Program-made: the position numbers and the translations under genes
The notes under the pieces: model-generated
What the model was told of the DNA's origin: nothing
The model's input: the letters and a program-made list of their open reading frames with translations, nothing else
Database searches by the model: none
DNA from: an uncultured beta proteobacterium
GTDB taxonomy: Bacteria; Pseudomonadota; Gammaproteobacteria; Burkholderiales; Casimicrobiaceae
NCBI GenBank assembly: GCA_963778935.1
Contig: CAVZWA010000017.1
Span: 261,808-325,807 of the forward strand
Direction: 5' to 3'
DNA: 64,000 bases
Shown here: one piece after another, positions 36,858 through 46,527 of the stretch
How the letters are laid out: every line of letters starts with the position of its first letter
Numbering within the stretch: the first letter of the stretch is position 1

Positions 36858-37598
36858 TTGGGTGAACGCCTCGCAGGTAAGACCGCGCTGATTACCGCGG
36901 CGGGTCAGGGCATTGGCCGCGCGACCGCGCTGGCGATGGCACGCGAAGGTGCCAAGGTGATCGCCACCGACGTCAATCCCAAGTTGCTCGAGGGCTTTGC
37001 CGGCACCACCGGTATCTCCACCCGAGTGCTCGATGTGCTCGATGACGTGGCCGTCAAGAAGGCGATCGACGAATCACCACCATTGTCCATATTGTTCAAC
37101 TGCGCCGGCTTCGTACATAACGGCACTATTCTCGATTGCAGTCCCAAGGACTGGGATTTCAGTTTCAACCTGAATGTGCGCGCCATGTACGTGATGATCA
37201 AGTGCGCGCTGCCGGGCATGCTGCAGAACGGCGGCGCCAGCATCATCAACATGGCGTCGGTCGCCGGATCGATCAAGGGCATCCCGAACCGTTTCGTTTA
37301 CGGCGCGAGCAAAGCCGCCGTCATAGGATTGACCAAGGCCGTCGCGGCCGACTTCGTGACCAAGGGCATTCGCTGCAATGCGATCGCGCCCGGCACCGTG
37401 GACACGCCGTCCCTCGACGCGCGGATCAACGCGTACGCGGATCCGGTCGAAGCGCGCAAGCTATTCATCGCCAGGCAACCGATGGGGCGACTGGCGAAGC
37501 CGGAAGAGATCGCGCCGGTCGTCGTGTTTCTCGCCTCCGACGAGTCCGCATTTGCGACCGGCAACGTTTACTCGGTAGACGGCGGCATGACGATTTGA
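36858..37598 (+). CDS. SDR-family oxidoreductase (2-keto-3-deoxy-aldonate 4-dehydrogenase-like)
   Basis: 246 aa. TTG start 7 nt after GGGGGAG. Motifs TAAGQGIGRA, NCAG and YGASKAAV. Confidence 0.88.
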   Translation: MGERLAGKTALITAAGQGIGRATALAMAREGAKVIATDVNPKLLEGFAGTTGISTRVLDVLDDVAVKKAIDESPPLSILFNCAGFVHNGTILDCSPKDWDFSFNLNVRAMYVMIKCALPGMLQNGGASIINMASVAGSIKGIPNRFVYGASKAAVIGLTKAVAADFVTKGIRCNAIAPGTVDTPSLDARINAYADPVEARKLFIARQPMGRLAKPEEIAPVVVFLASDESAFATGNVYSVDGGMTI

Positions 37599-37629
37599 AG
37601 CGATCACATTCACTCGATAGGAGATGCAC

Positions 37630-38490
37630 ATGAAACTCGTACGCTACGGCCCCGCCGGAAAAGAAAAGCCCGGACTGATCGACGCCGACGGCAAGCTGCG
37701 CGACCTGTCGCGCAAGGTCAAGGACATCAATGGCGCGTCGCTGGCGCCCGCCGAGATCGCCAAGCTGCGCAAGCTCGACACCAAGAAGCTGCCGCTGGTG
37801 AAAGGCAAGCCGCGACTGGGCTCCTGCGTCGCGACGCCGTCGAAATTCGTCGCGATCGGACTGAACTATGTCGATCACGCGAAGGAAACCGGCTCGCCGA
37901 TTCCGGAGTATCCCATCGTGTTCTTCAAATCGCCGACCTCCATGGTCGGCCCCAACGACAACATCATGATGCCGCCCGACTCGACGCACACCGACTGGGA
38001 AGTCGAGCTCGGCATCGTTATCGGCCGCACGGCAAAGCATGTCTCGGTCAAGGATGCGCTCAAATACGTCGCGGGCTATTGTCTGATCAATGACGTCTCC
38101 GAGCGCCACTACCAGTTGAAGCTCAGCGGTTCGCAATGGAGCAAGGGCAAGGGCTGCGATACGTTTGGCCCGACCGGTCCATGGCTGGTCACTACCGACG
38201 AGATCAAGAACGTGCAGGATCTCGACATGTGGCTCGACGTCAATGGCGAGAAGCGGCAGCGCGGCAGCACCAAGACGATGATCTTCGGGGCGGCCGAAGT
38301 CGTCGCCGACGTGTCGAAGTACATGACGCTGCTGCCGGGCGACGTGATCACCACGGGCACCCCGCCGGGCGTCGCCATGGGCATGAAGCCGGAGCCGATC
38401 TACCTGAAGGCCGGTGACGTCGTCACGCTGGGCATCAAGGGGCTGGGCGAGCAGAAGCAGAAGGTCGTTGCTTACAAGAAGGGGCGCTAG
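37630..38490 (+). CDS. fumarylacetoacetate hydrolase (FAH)-family hydrolase (2,4-diketo-3-deoxy-aldonate hydrolase-like)
   Basis: 286 aa from ATG 37630 (AGGAG 6 nt upstream). Contains the FAH C-terminal domain motifs (GLNYVDH, DWEVELG, ND.SER, GTP.GVG-like). Confidence 0.9.
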   Translation: MKLVRYGPAGKEKPGLIDADGKLRDLSRKVKDINGASLAPAEIAKLRKLDTKKLPLVKGKPRLGSCVATPSKFVAIGLNYVDHAKETGSPIPEYPIVFFKSPTSMVGPNDNIMMPPDSTHTDWEVELGIVIGRTAKHVSVKDALKYVAGYCLINDVSERHYQLKLSGSQWSKGKGCDTFGPTGPWLVTTDEIKNVQDLDMWLDVNGEKRQRGSTKTMIFGAAEVVADVSKYMTLLPGDVITTGTPPGVAMGMKPEPIYLKAGDVVTLGIKGLGEQKQKVVAYKKGR

Positions 38491-38494
38491 GCGA

Positions 38495-39487
38495 ATGGGG
38501 TCGCTGATGAATCTACGATGCGTGCGCAGCCACGCGGCGCTCGTGCTGTTCGCGCTGGCGGCACTCAACGCGCCGCACGTCGCTGCGCAAGGCTATCCGA
38601 ACAAGCCGGTCAAGCTCGAAGTCGGGGCGCCGGCGGGGGGCGGCACCGACATCGTTGCGCGCATGCTGGGCGACAAGCTCGGCGAATCGATGAAGCAGTC
38701 GTTCGTTGTCGATAACCGTCCAGGAGCATCCAATACGATCGCCGCGGATTTCACCGCCAAGTCGCCGCCGGATGGCTATACGCTGCTCGTCGCGACCACG
38801 ACCGGCCAGGCGATCGCGCCGAACCTGATGAAGCTCAACTTCGACACGTTGAAGGACCTGGCTCCGGTCGCGCTGGTGATGGTGGTGCCCAACGTACTCG
38901 TCGTCGGGCCGGCGGTGACAGCCAAGGACGTGAAGGAGCTCGTCGCGCAGATGAAAGCCAAGCCGGACAGTTTCAATTACGCGTCGTCCGGCGCAGGCAG
39001 CACGCAGCATCTCGCCGGCGAAGCGTTCAAGAAAGTCGCGGGCGTTCAGATGACGCACATCCCGTACAAGGGCAGCAGCCAGGCACACGCCGACCTGCTC
39101 GGCGGCCAGGCGCAGATCATGTTCGACACGACGTCTTCCGCGATCGGCCAGATCAAGGGTGGGAAGCTGCGCGCCCTTGCGGTGACTTCGCCCAAGCGTT
39201 CGCCCGAGTTGCCCGATGTTCCGACGCTCGCGGAAGCGGGTTTTCCCGGGATGGAAATGACGACCTGGTACGGCGTGTTCGCGCCGGCGGGAACGCCTCC
39301 GGCAGTCGTGACCAAGCTCCACGATGAAATCATGGCGACGCTCAAGCTACCCGATGTCCAGAAGCGCATTACCGGCATGGCAGGCGAGCCGGGTACGATG
39401 ACCATCGCCGAGTTTGCCGCGTTGAACCGTGCCGACTACGATCGCTACGGCAAGCTCATTCGCGAATCGGGAATCAAACTGGAATGA
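38495..39487 (+). CDS. Bug-family (TctC-like) tripartite tricarboxylate transporter substrate-binding protein
   Basis: 330 aa with a signal peptide. YPNKPVKL, GGGTDIVAR and YASSGAGSTQHL are hallmark Bug motifs. No tctA or tctB gene in the window. Confidence 0.9.
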   Translation: MGSLMNLRCVRSHAALVLFALAALNAPHVAAQGYPNKPVKLEVGAPAGGGTDIVARMLGDKLGESMKQSFVVDNRPGASNTIAADFTAKSPPDGYTLLVATTTGQAIAPNLMKLNFDTLKDLAPVALVMVVPNVLVVGPAVTAKDVKELVAQMKAKPDSFNYASSGAGSTQHLAGEAFKKVAGVQMTHIPYKGSSQAHADLLGGQAQIMFDTTSSAIGQIKGGKLRALAVTSPKRSPELPDVPTLAEAGFPGMEMTTWYGVFAPAGTPPAVVTKLHDEIMATLKLPDVQKRITGMAGEPGTMTIAEFAALNRADYDRYGKLIRESGIKLE

Positions 39488-40476
39488 CCCCGACCATCGC
39501 ACTCGTTGCCGGCGATCCGGCGGGCATTGGCCCGGAACTCGTCGCCAAGGTTCTTGCCGATCGAGCGTCGCTGCCCGACGCGCACTTCCTGCTCATCGCC
39601 CAGCGCGCGAGCCTGGAAGCGGGTGCGCGCGCCGCAGGCGTAGGCTTGGATCTGCCGACGCAGGCGTTGTCCGACATGACGCGATCGACCGAAGTCGTGT
39701 CACGCCTGCAATGGGACGGATGGGACTCGCGTGCCTTTCCGCAGGCGCAAGCCACCGCTGCCAACGGCGCGTTCATGCTGAATTCATTGCGGCTCGCCCT
39801 TGACCTCGCGCAGCGCGGCAAGGTCGACGCTGTCTGTTTCGCCCCATTGAACAAGGCGGCGTTGCGCGCGGGAGGCATGACGCAGGAAGACGAATTGCGC
39901 TGGTTCGCCGACATTCTGAAGCACCAGGGCGTGTGCGGCGAATTCAACGTGCTCGAAAAGCTCTGGACTTCGCGCGTCACGTCGCACGTTCCGCTCAAGG
40001 ACGTCGCGGGACTGCTCACGGTCGAAGGCGTCGCCGAGGCGATCGGCATGCTGCATGATGCGCTGCGTCGCGCCGGCAACGCCACGCCGCGTATCGGCGT
40101 CTGCGGACTCAACCCGCATAACGGCGACAACGGCAACTTCGGCCGCGAAGAAATCGACATCATCGGGCCAGGCGTCAGGCTGGCCTCGACGCGGGGCCAC
40201 GCCGCCGACGGTCCGTATCCGGCGGATACCATATTTGTTCGCGCGAAAAACGGCGCCTTCGACGGCATCGTGACCATGTACCACGACCAGGGCCAGATCG
40301 CGATGAAGCTGATGGGGTTCGAGCGCGGAGTCACGGTGCAAGGCGGCCTGCCGGTAATTATCACGACGCCGGCCCACGGAACGGCCTACGAAATCGCCGG
40401 ACGCGGTATTGCGAACACGCAGGCGATGCAGAATGCGCTGACGATTGCCGCGCGAATGGGCGCCGCCGGGCACTAG
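39484..40476 (+). CDS. PdxA-family NAD-dependent (decarboxylating) dehydrogenase
   Basis: 330 aa. GDPAGIGPE, GLNPHNGDNG and MYHDQG..AMK motifs. 4-nt overlap with the Bug gene. Confidence 0.9.
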   Translation: MTPTIALVAGDPAGIGPELVAKVLADRASLPDAHFLLIAQRASLEAGARAAGVGLDLPTQALSDMTRSTEVVSRLQWDGWDSRAFPQAQATAANGAFMLNSLRLALDLAQRGKVDAVCFAPLNKAALRAGGMTQEDELRWFADILKHQGVCGEFNVLEKLWTSRVTSHVPLKDVAGLLTVEGVAEAIGMLHDALRRAGNATPRIGVCGLNPHNGDNGNFGREEIDIIGPGVRLASTRGHAADGPYPADTIFVRAKNGAFDGIVTMYHDQGQIAMKLMGFERGVTVQGGLPVIITTPAHGTAYEIAGRGIANTQAMQNALTIAARMGAAGH

Positions 40477-40485
40477 GCATCATCC

Positions 40486-41490
40486 ATGAGGGCGTCGATT
40501 CCGCTCGGGCGCGATAACGCGACGCGGGCGCTCTCGCGCGACGAGTTTCTATACCCTGTGCTCGAGCCCCTGCGCACGGGACGCCTTGCGCTCGACGCGC
40601 TGCACACGATGTATTGGGAGGAGTCGGGCAATCCGCGCGGCGTACCCGTGGTGTTCCTGCACGGCGGTCCGGGTGGCGGCAGCTCACCCGATCACCGCCG
40701 ATACTACGATCCGCGTTTCTATCGGATCATCGTCTACGATCAGCGCGGTTCCGGGCAGTCGACGCCGCTGGGCGAGCTCACCGCGAATACGACGCCCCAC
40801 CTGATCGCGGATCTCGAGCGGCTGCGCGGGCATCTCGCCGTCGACCGGTGGCTGGTGTTCGGCGGTTCATGGGGATCGACGTTGGCGCTCGCCTACGCCG
40901 AGGCGCATCCGGAACGCGTGCTGGGACTGGTGCTGCGCGGCATCTTTCTCTGCCGACCGCAGGAGATACACTGGTTTCTCTACGACATGCGCTTCCTGTT
41001 CCCCGAAGCGTGGCGCGCCTTCGCGGGATTCCTGCCGGACGTCGAGCGCAGCGACCTGCTTGGCAACTACCACCGGCGACTCATCCATCCCAATGCGGCC
41101 GTGCACCTTCCTGCCGCGCATGCATGGAGCCGCTACGAGGGCTCGTGCTCGACGCTGCTTCCGGACCCGGAGCTGGTGGCGCATTTCGACGACGATGCCG
41201 TGGCGCTCGCGATTGCGCGCATCGAAGCCCACTACTTCGTCAATCACATATTCCTGCCCGACAACGCGCTGCTCGACAACCTCGCGCGCATCAGGCACTT
41301 GCCGTGCACGATCGTCCAGGGTCGCTACGATGCGGTCTGCCCGGTCGTCTCCGCCGACGACCTGCATCGCGCCTGGCCGGAGGCCGAATACCTCATCGTC
41401 CCTGACGCTGGACACTCGGCCCGCGAACCCGGCATCGCACGGGAGCTGGTCGCAGCGACCAATCGCTTTCGCGCGCGCCTGACTCGCTGA
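40486..41490 (+). CDS. pip: prolyl aminopeptidase (proline iminopeptidase)
   Basis: 334 aa. FLHGGPGGG, DQRGSGQS, GGSWGS nucleophile, RGIFL and QGRYD motifs typical of Pip. Confidence 0.9.
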   Translation: MRASIPLGRDNATRALSRDEFLYPVLEPLRTGRLALDALHTMYWEESGNPRGVPVVFLHGGPGGGSSPDHRRYYDPRFYRIIVYDQRGSGQSTPLGELTANTTPHLIADLERLRGHLAVDRWLVFGGSWGSTLALAYAEAHPERVLGLVLRGIFLCRPQEIHWFLYDMRFLFPEAWRAFAGFLPDVERSDLLGNYHRRLIHPNAAVHLPAAHAWSRYEGSCSTLLPDPELVAHFDDDAVALAIARIEAHYFVNHIFLPDNALLDNLARIRHLPCTIVQGRYDAVCPVVSADDLHRAWPEAEYLIVPDAGHSAREPGIARELVAATNRFRARLTR

Positions 41491-41512
41491 CCCCGACAAC
41501 GCCGGAGCAATA

Positions 41513-42619
41513 GTGGCCACCATTGAACGCGTCGAGATCGTGCTGGTCGATCTCAAACCGAAGGTCAAACGCACCGATGCGATCCAGAGTTTCGTGTCGC
41601 AGGAGACGCCGATCGTTCGCGTTTTCGATCGCGACGGCATGGTCGGAACCGGCTACAGCTACACCATCGGCACGGGTGGGTCGTCGGTCATCGCGCTGCT
41701 GCGCGACCACCTCGCGCCGCGCCTGATCGGCCGCGATGCCGAACACATCGAAGCCATATGGCGTGACCTGCTGTTTCACACCCACGCCACCACGGTGGGT
41801 GCGATCACCGCGCTCGCGCTCGCGGCCATCGATAGCGCACTCTGGGACTTGCGGTGCCGGCGCGCGAAGTTGCCGCTGCACGTCCTGGCCGGCGGCGCCA
41901 AGGATTCGTGCCCGCTTTACACCACCGAAGGCGGCTGGCTGCATATCGAACCTCAAGCCCTGGTCGACGACGCGCTGGCTGCAAAAGCGAAAGGCTTCGG
42001 TGGCGCGAAGATCAAGGTCGGCCGAGCGCATGTCGCGGAGGATGTCGCGCGACTGAGCGCGGTGCGGCAAGCTGTCGGTCCGGGCTGGGACATCATGACC
42101 GATGCCAACCAGGGTTTCAGTCTCGCGGAAGCGATCCGCCGCGCACGACACCTTGAAGCGCTCGATATCGCCTGGTTCGAGGAACCGATGCCGGCCGACG
42201 ACGTTGCCGCGCATGTCGAACTCGCCCGGCACACCTCGGTGCCGATCGCGGTCGGCGAATCGCTCTACAGCATTTCGCAATTCAAGGATTATCTGCAGGC
42301 CGGCGCGTGCTCGATCGTGCAGGTCGATGTCGCGCGCATCGGCGGCATCACGCCGTGGCTCAAGGTCGCGCACATGGCGGAAGCGTTCAACGTCGCAGTG
42401 TGCCCCCATTTCCTGATGGAACTGCACGTCGGCCTTTGCTGCGCGGTGCCGAACAGCCGCTGGGTCGAGTACATCCCGCAGCTCGACACGATCACCGGCA
42501 CGCAGCTTTCGATTCGCGATGGCCGCGCGTACGCGTCGTCAGAACCGGGCCTCGGCATCGATTGGAACTGGAGCGCCATCGAGCGTCTGCGCAGCGCCGC
42601 GCCGGTAATCGTGCGCTAG
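41513..42619 (+). CDS. enolase-superfamily enzyme, mandelate racemase subgroup (acid-sugar dehydratase-like)
   Basis: 368 aa, GTG start. KIK (KxK) motif, metal ligands in TDANQG / WFEEP / VGES, and a CPH His. Confidence 0.9.
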   Translation: MATIERVEIVLVDLKPKVKRTDAIQSFVSQETPIVRVFDRDGMVGTGYSYTIGTGGSSVIALLRDHLAPRLIGRDAEHIEAIWRDLLFHTHATTVGAITALALAAIDSALWDLRCRRAKLPLHVLAGGAKDSCPLYTTEGGWLHIEPQALVDDALAAKAKGFGGAKIKVGRAHVAEDVARLSAVRQAVGPGWDIMTDANQGFSLAEAIRRARHLEALDIAWFEEPMPADDVAAHVELARHTSVPIAVGESLYSISQFKDYLQAGACSIVQVDVARIGGITPWLKVAHMAEAFNVAVCPHFLMELHVGLCCAVPNSRWVEYIPQLDTITGTQLSIRDGRAYASSEPGLGIDWNWSAIERLRSAAPVIVR

Positions 42620-42629
42620 AGGATTGTCC

Positions 42630-42710
42630 GTTCGCGGTGAGCCCCCTTCGACTTCGCTCAGGACAGGCTTCGGCAAGCTCAGGACAGGCCTGTCGAACCA
42701 CGGACGCGTC
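42630..42710. repeat. REP-like element, family E
   Basis: GCTCAGGACAGGC occurs twice (42655-42667 and 42677-42689), together with the GACAGGCCTGTC palindrome. Lies in a convergent intergenic gap. Confidence 0.7.
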
Positions 42711-42715
42711 CTGCA

Positions 42716-43279
42716 TCACGTTACCGGCGGCAAAACCATCCGGATGCGCACCGTCACCTCGTTTGCAACGGTTTCAGGGTCGGCCCATTCGGCCTCGCCT
42801 ATCTTGTAGTCGAGCCGCTTGATCGCGAAGCTGCCTTCGGCAACGCTGTTTCCCGCGGCGTCCTTTTTCAGGACGATCGGTACCACGGCATCGTGGCTGA
42901 CCCCCTTGATCGTGAGCGCACCGGCGACTTCGTATTTGTCACCGCCAAGATCCTTGATGTTCGTCGAGACGAATTTCGCGACTGGAAACTTGGCGGTATC
43001 GAACCATTTCGGGCGCCTGGCTTCGGTTTCGGACTCGTCGCTGGCGAGGTCTATGCTCCCCAGCTCGATGTCGAAATCGGCTTTGGACCTTGCCAGTTCC
43101 TTGGGCAGGAATACGATATTCGCCTTCCACCTGCGGAAGCGGCCTTCGACGTTGACCCCCATCTGCCTCGACATGAAGCGAATTTCACTCTTGTCGATGA
43201 GTACACCCTGGGCCGCCGCCTGGGTCGCAGCAAGGAGCATCATCCCCAGCGATGGTATGAATGAACGTAACAGCGCCAT
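42716..43279 (-). CDS. YceI-family periplasmic polyisoprenoid-binding protein
   Basis: 187 aa from ATG 43279, with a signal peptide. F..W. / T.D...FPVAKF / L.I.GV motifs. Confidence 0.9.
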   Translation of the reverse strand: MALLRSFIPSLGMMLLAATQAAAQGVLIDKSEIRFMSRQMGVNVEGRFRRWKANIVFLPKELARSKADFDIELGSIDLASDESETEARRPKWFDTAKFPVAKFVSTNIKDLGGDKYEVAGALTIKGVSHDAVVPIVLKKDAAGNSVAEGSFAIKRLDYKIGEAEWADPETVANEVTVRIRMVLPPVT

Positions 43280-43281
43280 GA

Positions 43282-43854
43282 TCAACCTTTCTTCATTTTC
43301 AGCGGCAGCATGCGGGTCAGGACCGTGTCGCGGTCGACGAAGTGGTGCTTGACCGCCGCAGCCACATGCAGACAGACCAGAGTCAGCAGTGTGAAGTTCA
43401 ATGTTTGATGCACTGACAGGAGGATCGCGGCGGTCTGTCGATCCTTCGGCAAAAGCTCCGGTAGCGGTACCAGGCCCAGATAGACGACCTGCACCCCGGA
43501 AGCCGAACTGAACGTCCATCCCGATAGAGGAATGGCGAGCAGCAGCACGTACAGCGCACCATGCGATACGAATGCCGCACGCACCTGCCATGCCGGCATG
43601 GACGGAAGTGCCGGAGCCGGATGCCATTGTCGCCAGGCAAGACGTGCGCAGGTGAGCAGAAACACGGTGATGCCGATCCATTTGTGCCAGGCGTACCACT
43701 GCAACTTCTGCCGCGAGATCGGTAGCCCGACCATCGACAACCCCAGCGTGAATCCGCAAACGATCAGCGTCGCCGTCAACCAGTGCAACACGATTGCCGT
43801 TGTGGTGTAACGATTCGCCGTGTCCACTGCAGCCATCCGGATTCCACTTGCCAC
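43282..43854 (-). CDS. cytochrome b561 family protein
   Basis: 190 aa, four TM segments, with His ligands in LHWL / HKW / SHG / HH contexts. Its stop lies 2 nt before the yceI-like start, a classic pairing. Confidence 0.85.
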   Translation of the reverse strand: MASGIRMAAVDTANRYTTTAIVLHWLTATLIVCGFTLGLSMVGLPISRQKLQWYAWHKWIGITVFLLTCARLAWRQWHPAPALPSMPAWQVRAAFVSHGALYVLLLAIPLSGWTFSSASGVQVVYLGLVPLPELLPKDRQTAAILLSVHQTLNFTLLTLVCLHVAAAVKHHFVDRDTVLTRMLPLKMKKG

Positions 43855-43955
43855 GCTCTGCGATTCCTTTTAGTAGTGTGCGTTGTGCCTTGTCAAGCCG
43901 CGCGAGAGTCTTGTACCGCCCGCGGAACACCGCGGTTGGCCGCTATAATCTTCCG

Positions 43956-45422
43956 ATGCAAACGGTACCGATCAAGGGTTCCAACGCGGCATGGCTCGCA
44001 TGCAGCCGATTGGTGATGGCGCTTGGCACCGCGCTGTTCGCAATTGCCGCGACGGCCGACTTGCCGCTGCCGGTCGCGCGCGCATTCACCAGCCAGCAAA
44101 TTCCGCTCACTGCGGTCACCGCTTTCGTGCAGGAGCTCGGCGTGGTGCACCCATTGATTACGCAGGACCCGTCGAAACCGATGAACCCGGCATCGACGAT
44201 GAAGCTGCTGACCACGTTCGCGGGCCTCGAATTGCTCGGCCCCGGCTATCGCTGGCGCACCGAGGCCTACGCGGACGGAAAGATTGTCGACGGCGTGCTC
44301 GAGGGCAATCTCGTGCTCAAGGGCTACGGCGACCCCAAGGTGACGCTGGAACAATTTCAGGAACTGGTTTCGCGACTGCGCGCAACCGGACTGACGACCA
44401 TCCGCGGCGATCTCGTGCTCGATCGGGCGTTCTTCGCGCCGGCCGCACACGATCCGGCCGCATTCGACGGTGAGCCGCTCAAGCCTTACAACGTCGGCCC
44501 GGATGCGCTGCTGGTGAGCTTCAAGAGCGTGCGCTTCATATTTGCGCCGAATGCCGCGGGCAATGGCGTCGAGGTGCGTGCGGAGCCCGCGCTGGCCAAC
44601 CTGACCATCCACGGCGCTCCGCGCCTCGTGACGGGCGAATGCGGCGACTGGCGTGCCGCGCTGCAGCCAACATTCTCCAGTCGGGCCGACGCCGCCGAAG
44701 CAACGTTCAGCGGGCGCTATCCAAGCGCTTGTGGCGAGCGCGACTGGTATGTGGCGGTGCTCGACCATCCGCACTTCGTCCACGCCACCTTTGCGCAGTT
44801 GTGGCATTCCGCAGGAGGCAGTTTCGCGGGGCGCGTGCGCGACGGCAGGCTGCGCGCGGGCTCGAAGCCGCTCGTGACACTCGAATCCCCACCGCTGTAC
44901 GACGTGGTTCGCGACATCAACAAGCTGTCGAACAACGTAATGGCCAGGCAACTGTTCCTGACGCTTGCGACCACCGCACATCGCCCACCCGCGACGACGG
45001 CGAACGCGACCGACGTCGTCAAGCGCTGGCTGGCCGGGCGCAAGCTCAACTTCCCCGAGCTGGTGCTGGACAACGGTTCGGGCCTGTCGAGGCATGAGCG
45101 CATCGCCGCAGGCAGCCTGGGCAGGCTGCTGATCGCGGCCTATGCGAGCGACGTCCGCGCCGACTATGTGAGCTCGCTCGCTGTTGCCGCCACCGACGGC
45201 ACGGTGCGCAAGCGCTTCGAGAACGACGCCGTCGCCGAACAGGCATTTCTCAAGACCGGCTCGCTTGAAGGTGTGCGCGCCATCGCGGGCTACGTGTTCG
45301 CGCCGAACGGGCGCAACTTCGTCGTCGTCTGTTTCGTGAATCACCCGAACGCAGCACGCGCGCAGCCGCCGCTCGATGCGCTGGTGGAGTGGGTATACGC
45401 AAACGCCGGCGGCGGGCGATAG
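43956..45422 (+). CDS. dacB: D-alanyl-D-alanine carboxypeptidase/endopeptidase (PBP4)
   Basis: 488 aa from ATG 43956. ASTMK (SxxK), LSNN (SxN) and KTGS (KTG) motifs. Confidence 0.9.
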   Translation: MQTVPIKGSNAAWLACSRLVMALGTALFAIAATADLPLPVARAFTSQQIPLTAVTAFVQELGVVHPLITQDPSKPMNPASTMKLLTTFAGLELLGPGYRWRTEAYADGKIVDGVLEGNLVLKGYGDPKVTLEQFQELVSRLRATGLTTIRGDLVLDRAFFAPAAHDPAAFDGEPLKPYNVGPDALLVSFKSVRFIFAPNAAGNGVEVRAEPALANLTIHGAPRLVTGECGDWRAALQPTFSSRADAAEATFSGRYPSACGERDWYVAVLDHPHFVHATFAQLWHSAGGSFAGRVRDGRLRAGSKPLVTLESPPLYDVVRDINKLSNNVMARQLFLTLATTAHRPPATTANATDVVKRWLAGRKLNFPELVLDNGSGLSRHERIAAGSLGRLLIAAYASDVRADYVSSLAVAATDGTVRKRFENDAVAEQAFLKTGSLEGVRAIAGYVFAPNGRNFVVVCFVNHPNAARAQPPLDALVEWVYANAGGGR

Positions 45423-45438
45423 CCAACCGGTCGCGCAG

Positions 45439-45852
45439 CTACATGCCGGGAACTGGCTTGCTGTCGTTGAACAGCACGTAGCCGCGCAACAGGCGATAGA
45501 GCACCCAGATCGTCGTCGCCACCCAGATCAGGTACCCGAGCACCAGGCCGATGAGGACGATCGCCAGCAGGACGAATACCACGGCGCCGATCGCGCCCCA
45601 CAGCAGCGAAAACCAGAACGTGCGGATCAGCCAGCGATAGTGCGATTCGAGCCAGGTGCCGGCGGCTTCGCCCCGCTTCACATAGGCGAGGACGATGCCG
45701 ACGATGCCGACGAGGCCGGTCAACGGCGCGATGAGAGGAAAGCCCGACGACACCAGGCCGACGACCGCGGCGACGCCGAACAGCGCATAGACCAGCAGCG
45801 TCGTGGAGATCAACGACGACGATGGCGTTCCGGACAGTGAACTATCGGTCAT
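45439..45852 (-). CDS. small integral membrane protein (DUF4870-like)
   Basis: 137 aa from ATG 45852, three to four TM segments, SHYRWLIRTFW motif. Confidence 0.6.
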   Translation of the reverse strand: MTDSSLSGTPSSSLISTTLLVYALFGVAAVVGLVSSGFPLIAPLTGLVGIVGIVLAYVKRGEAAGTWLESHYRWLIRTFWFSLLWGAIGAVVFVLLAIVLIGLVLGYLIWVATTIWVLYRLLRGYVLFNDSKPVPGM

Positions 45853-45917
45853 GGCATGGCTCCAGGTCGTGACGGGTGGTGACCCTGACTGCAATGTGGG
45901 GACGACCACCACCTCCT

Positions 45918-46394
45918 TCAACCATACCGCTGCCCATCCTTGTGCGCACCGTACGGTCCATCGCCTTCATCGGCCCACATGAGGTCGTCGTCCGGATAAA
46001 ATGCATTGTCCCCGTCGATGCGGTTGCCAACCTCGATATAGGTTGCCGGAACGCTGCCGCGATTGATCAGATGATGCGCATCGCGCGTCCCGGCAGGGTA
46101 GCCGGCGCACATGCCTGCGGCCAATGTCTGCTCGCCGCCGTTGGACACCAGCGCCAGTTCGCCCGAAAGCACATAGACGAACTCGTCTTCGAGCGTATGC
46201 CAGTGGCGCAGCGCCGATTGGCCGCCTGGGCCAAGCGTTACCAGGTTGACGCCGAACCGGGTCAGTCCGCAAGCGTCACCCAGCCGGCGCTTGACGCGAT
46301 CGCCCATGCGCGTCTTGAACGGCTCCGGATAACCGGAGCCACGAACCTCGGACACCGTGCCGGGATCGAGGGCGGGAAGCTTGAGTTCTGCCAT
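45918..46394 (-). CDS. cupin-domain protein
   Basis: 158 aa. Cupin motifs ALRHWHTLEDEFVYVLSGE and GYPAG...HHLIN. Confidence 0.8.
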   Translation of the reverse strand: MAELKLPALDPGTVSEVRGSGYPEPFKTRMGDRVKRRLGDACGLTRFGVNLVTLGPGGQSALRHWHTLEDEFVYVLSGELALVSNGGEQTLAAGMCAGYPAGTRDAHHLINRGSVPATYIEVGNRIDGDNAFYPDDDLMWADEGDGPYGAHKDGQRYG

Positions 46395-46527
46395 GGTGCA
46401 ACTGCTCCAAGTAGGGGAATGGACTGCGCCGCAGGCCTAAGGCACTGCGTCTTGCAGGCGCAAGGCTATAATACGCGAGCGGGTGGACCCGGTTCGGCCC
46501 ACCATTCGTCACCCACTGGAGATGCCC

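Noticed and set aside
38495-39487. Missing tctA/tctB as evidence of a degraded transporter
   Set aside because: To my knowledge, orphan Bug-family binding proteins without adjacent membrane components are the norm in Burkholderiales-type genomes. This is not evidence of gene loss.
43893-45344. 483-aa ORF on the minus strand
   Set aside because: It is antisense to dacB, which carries the SxxK, SxN and KTG motifs. Same GC-rich antisense artefact.
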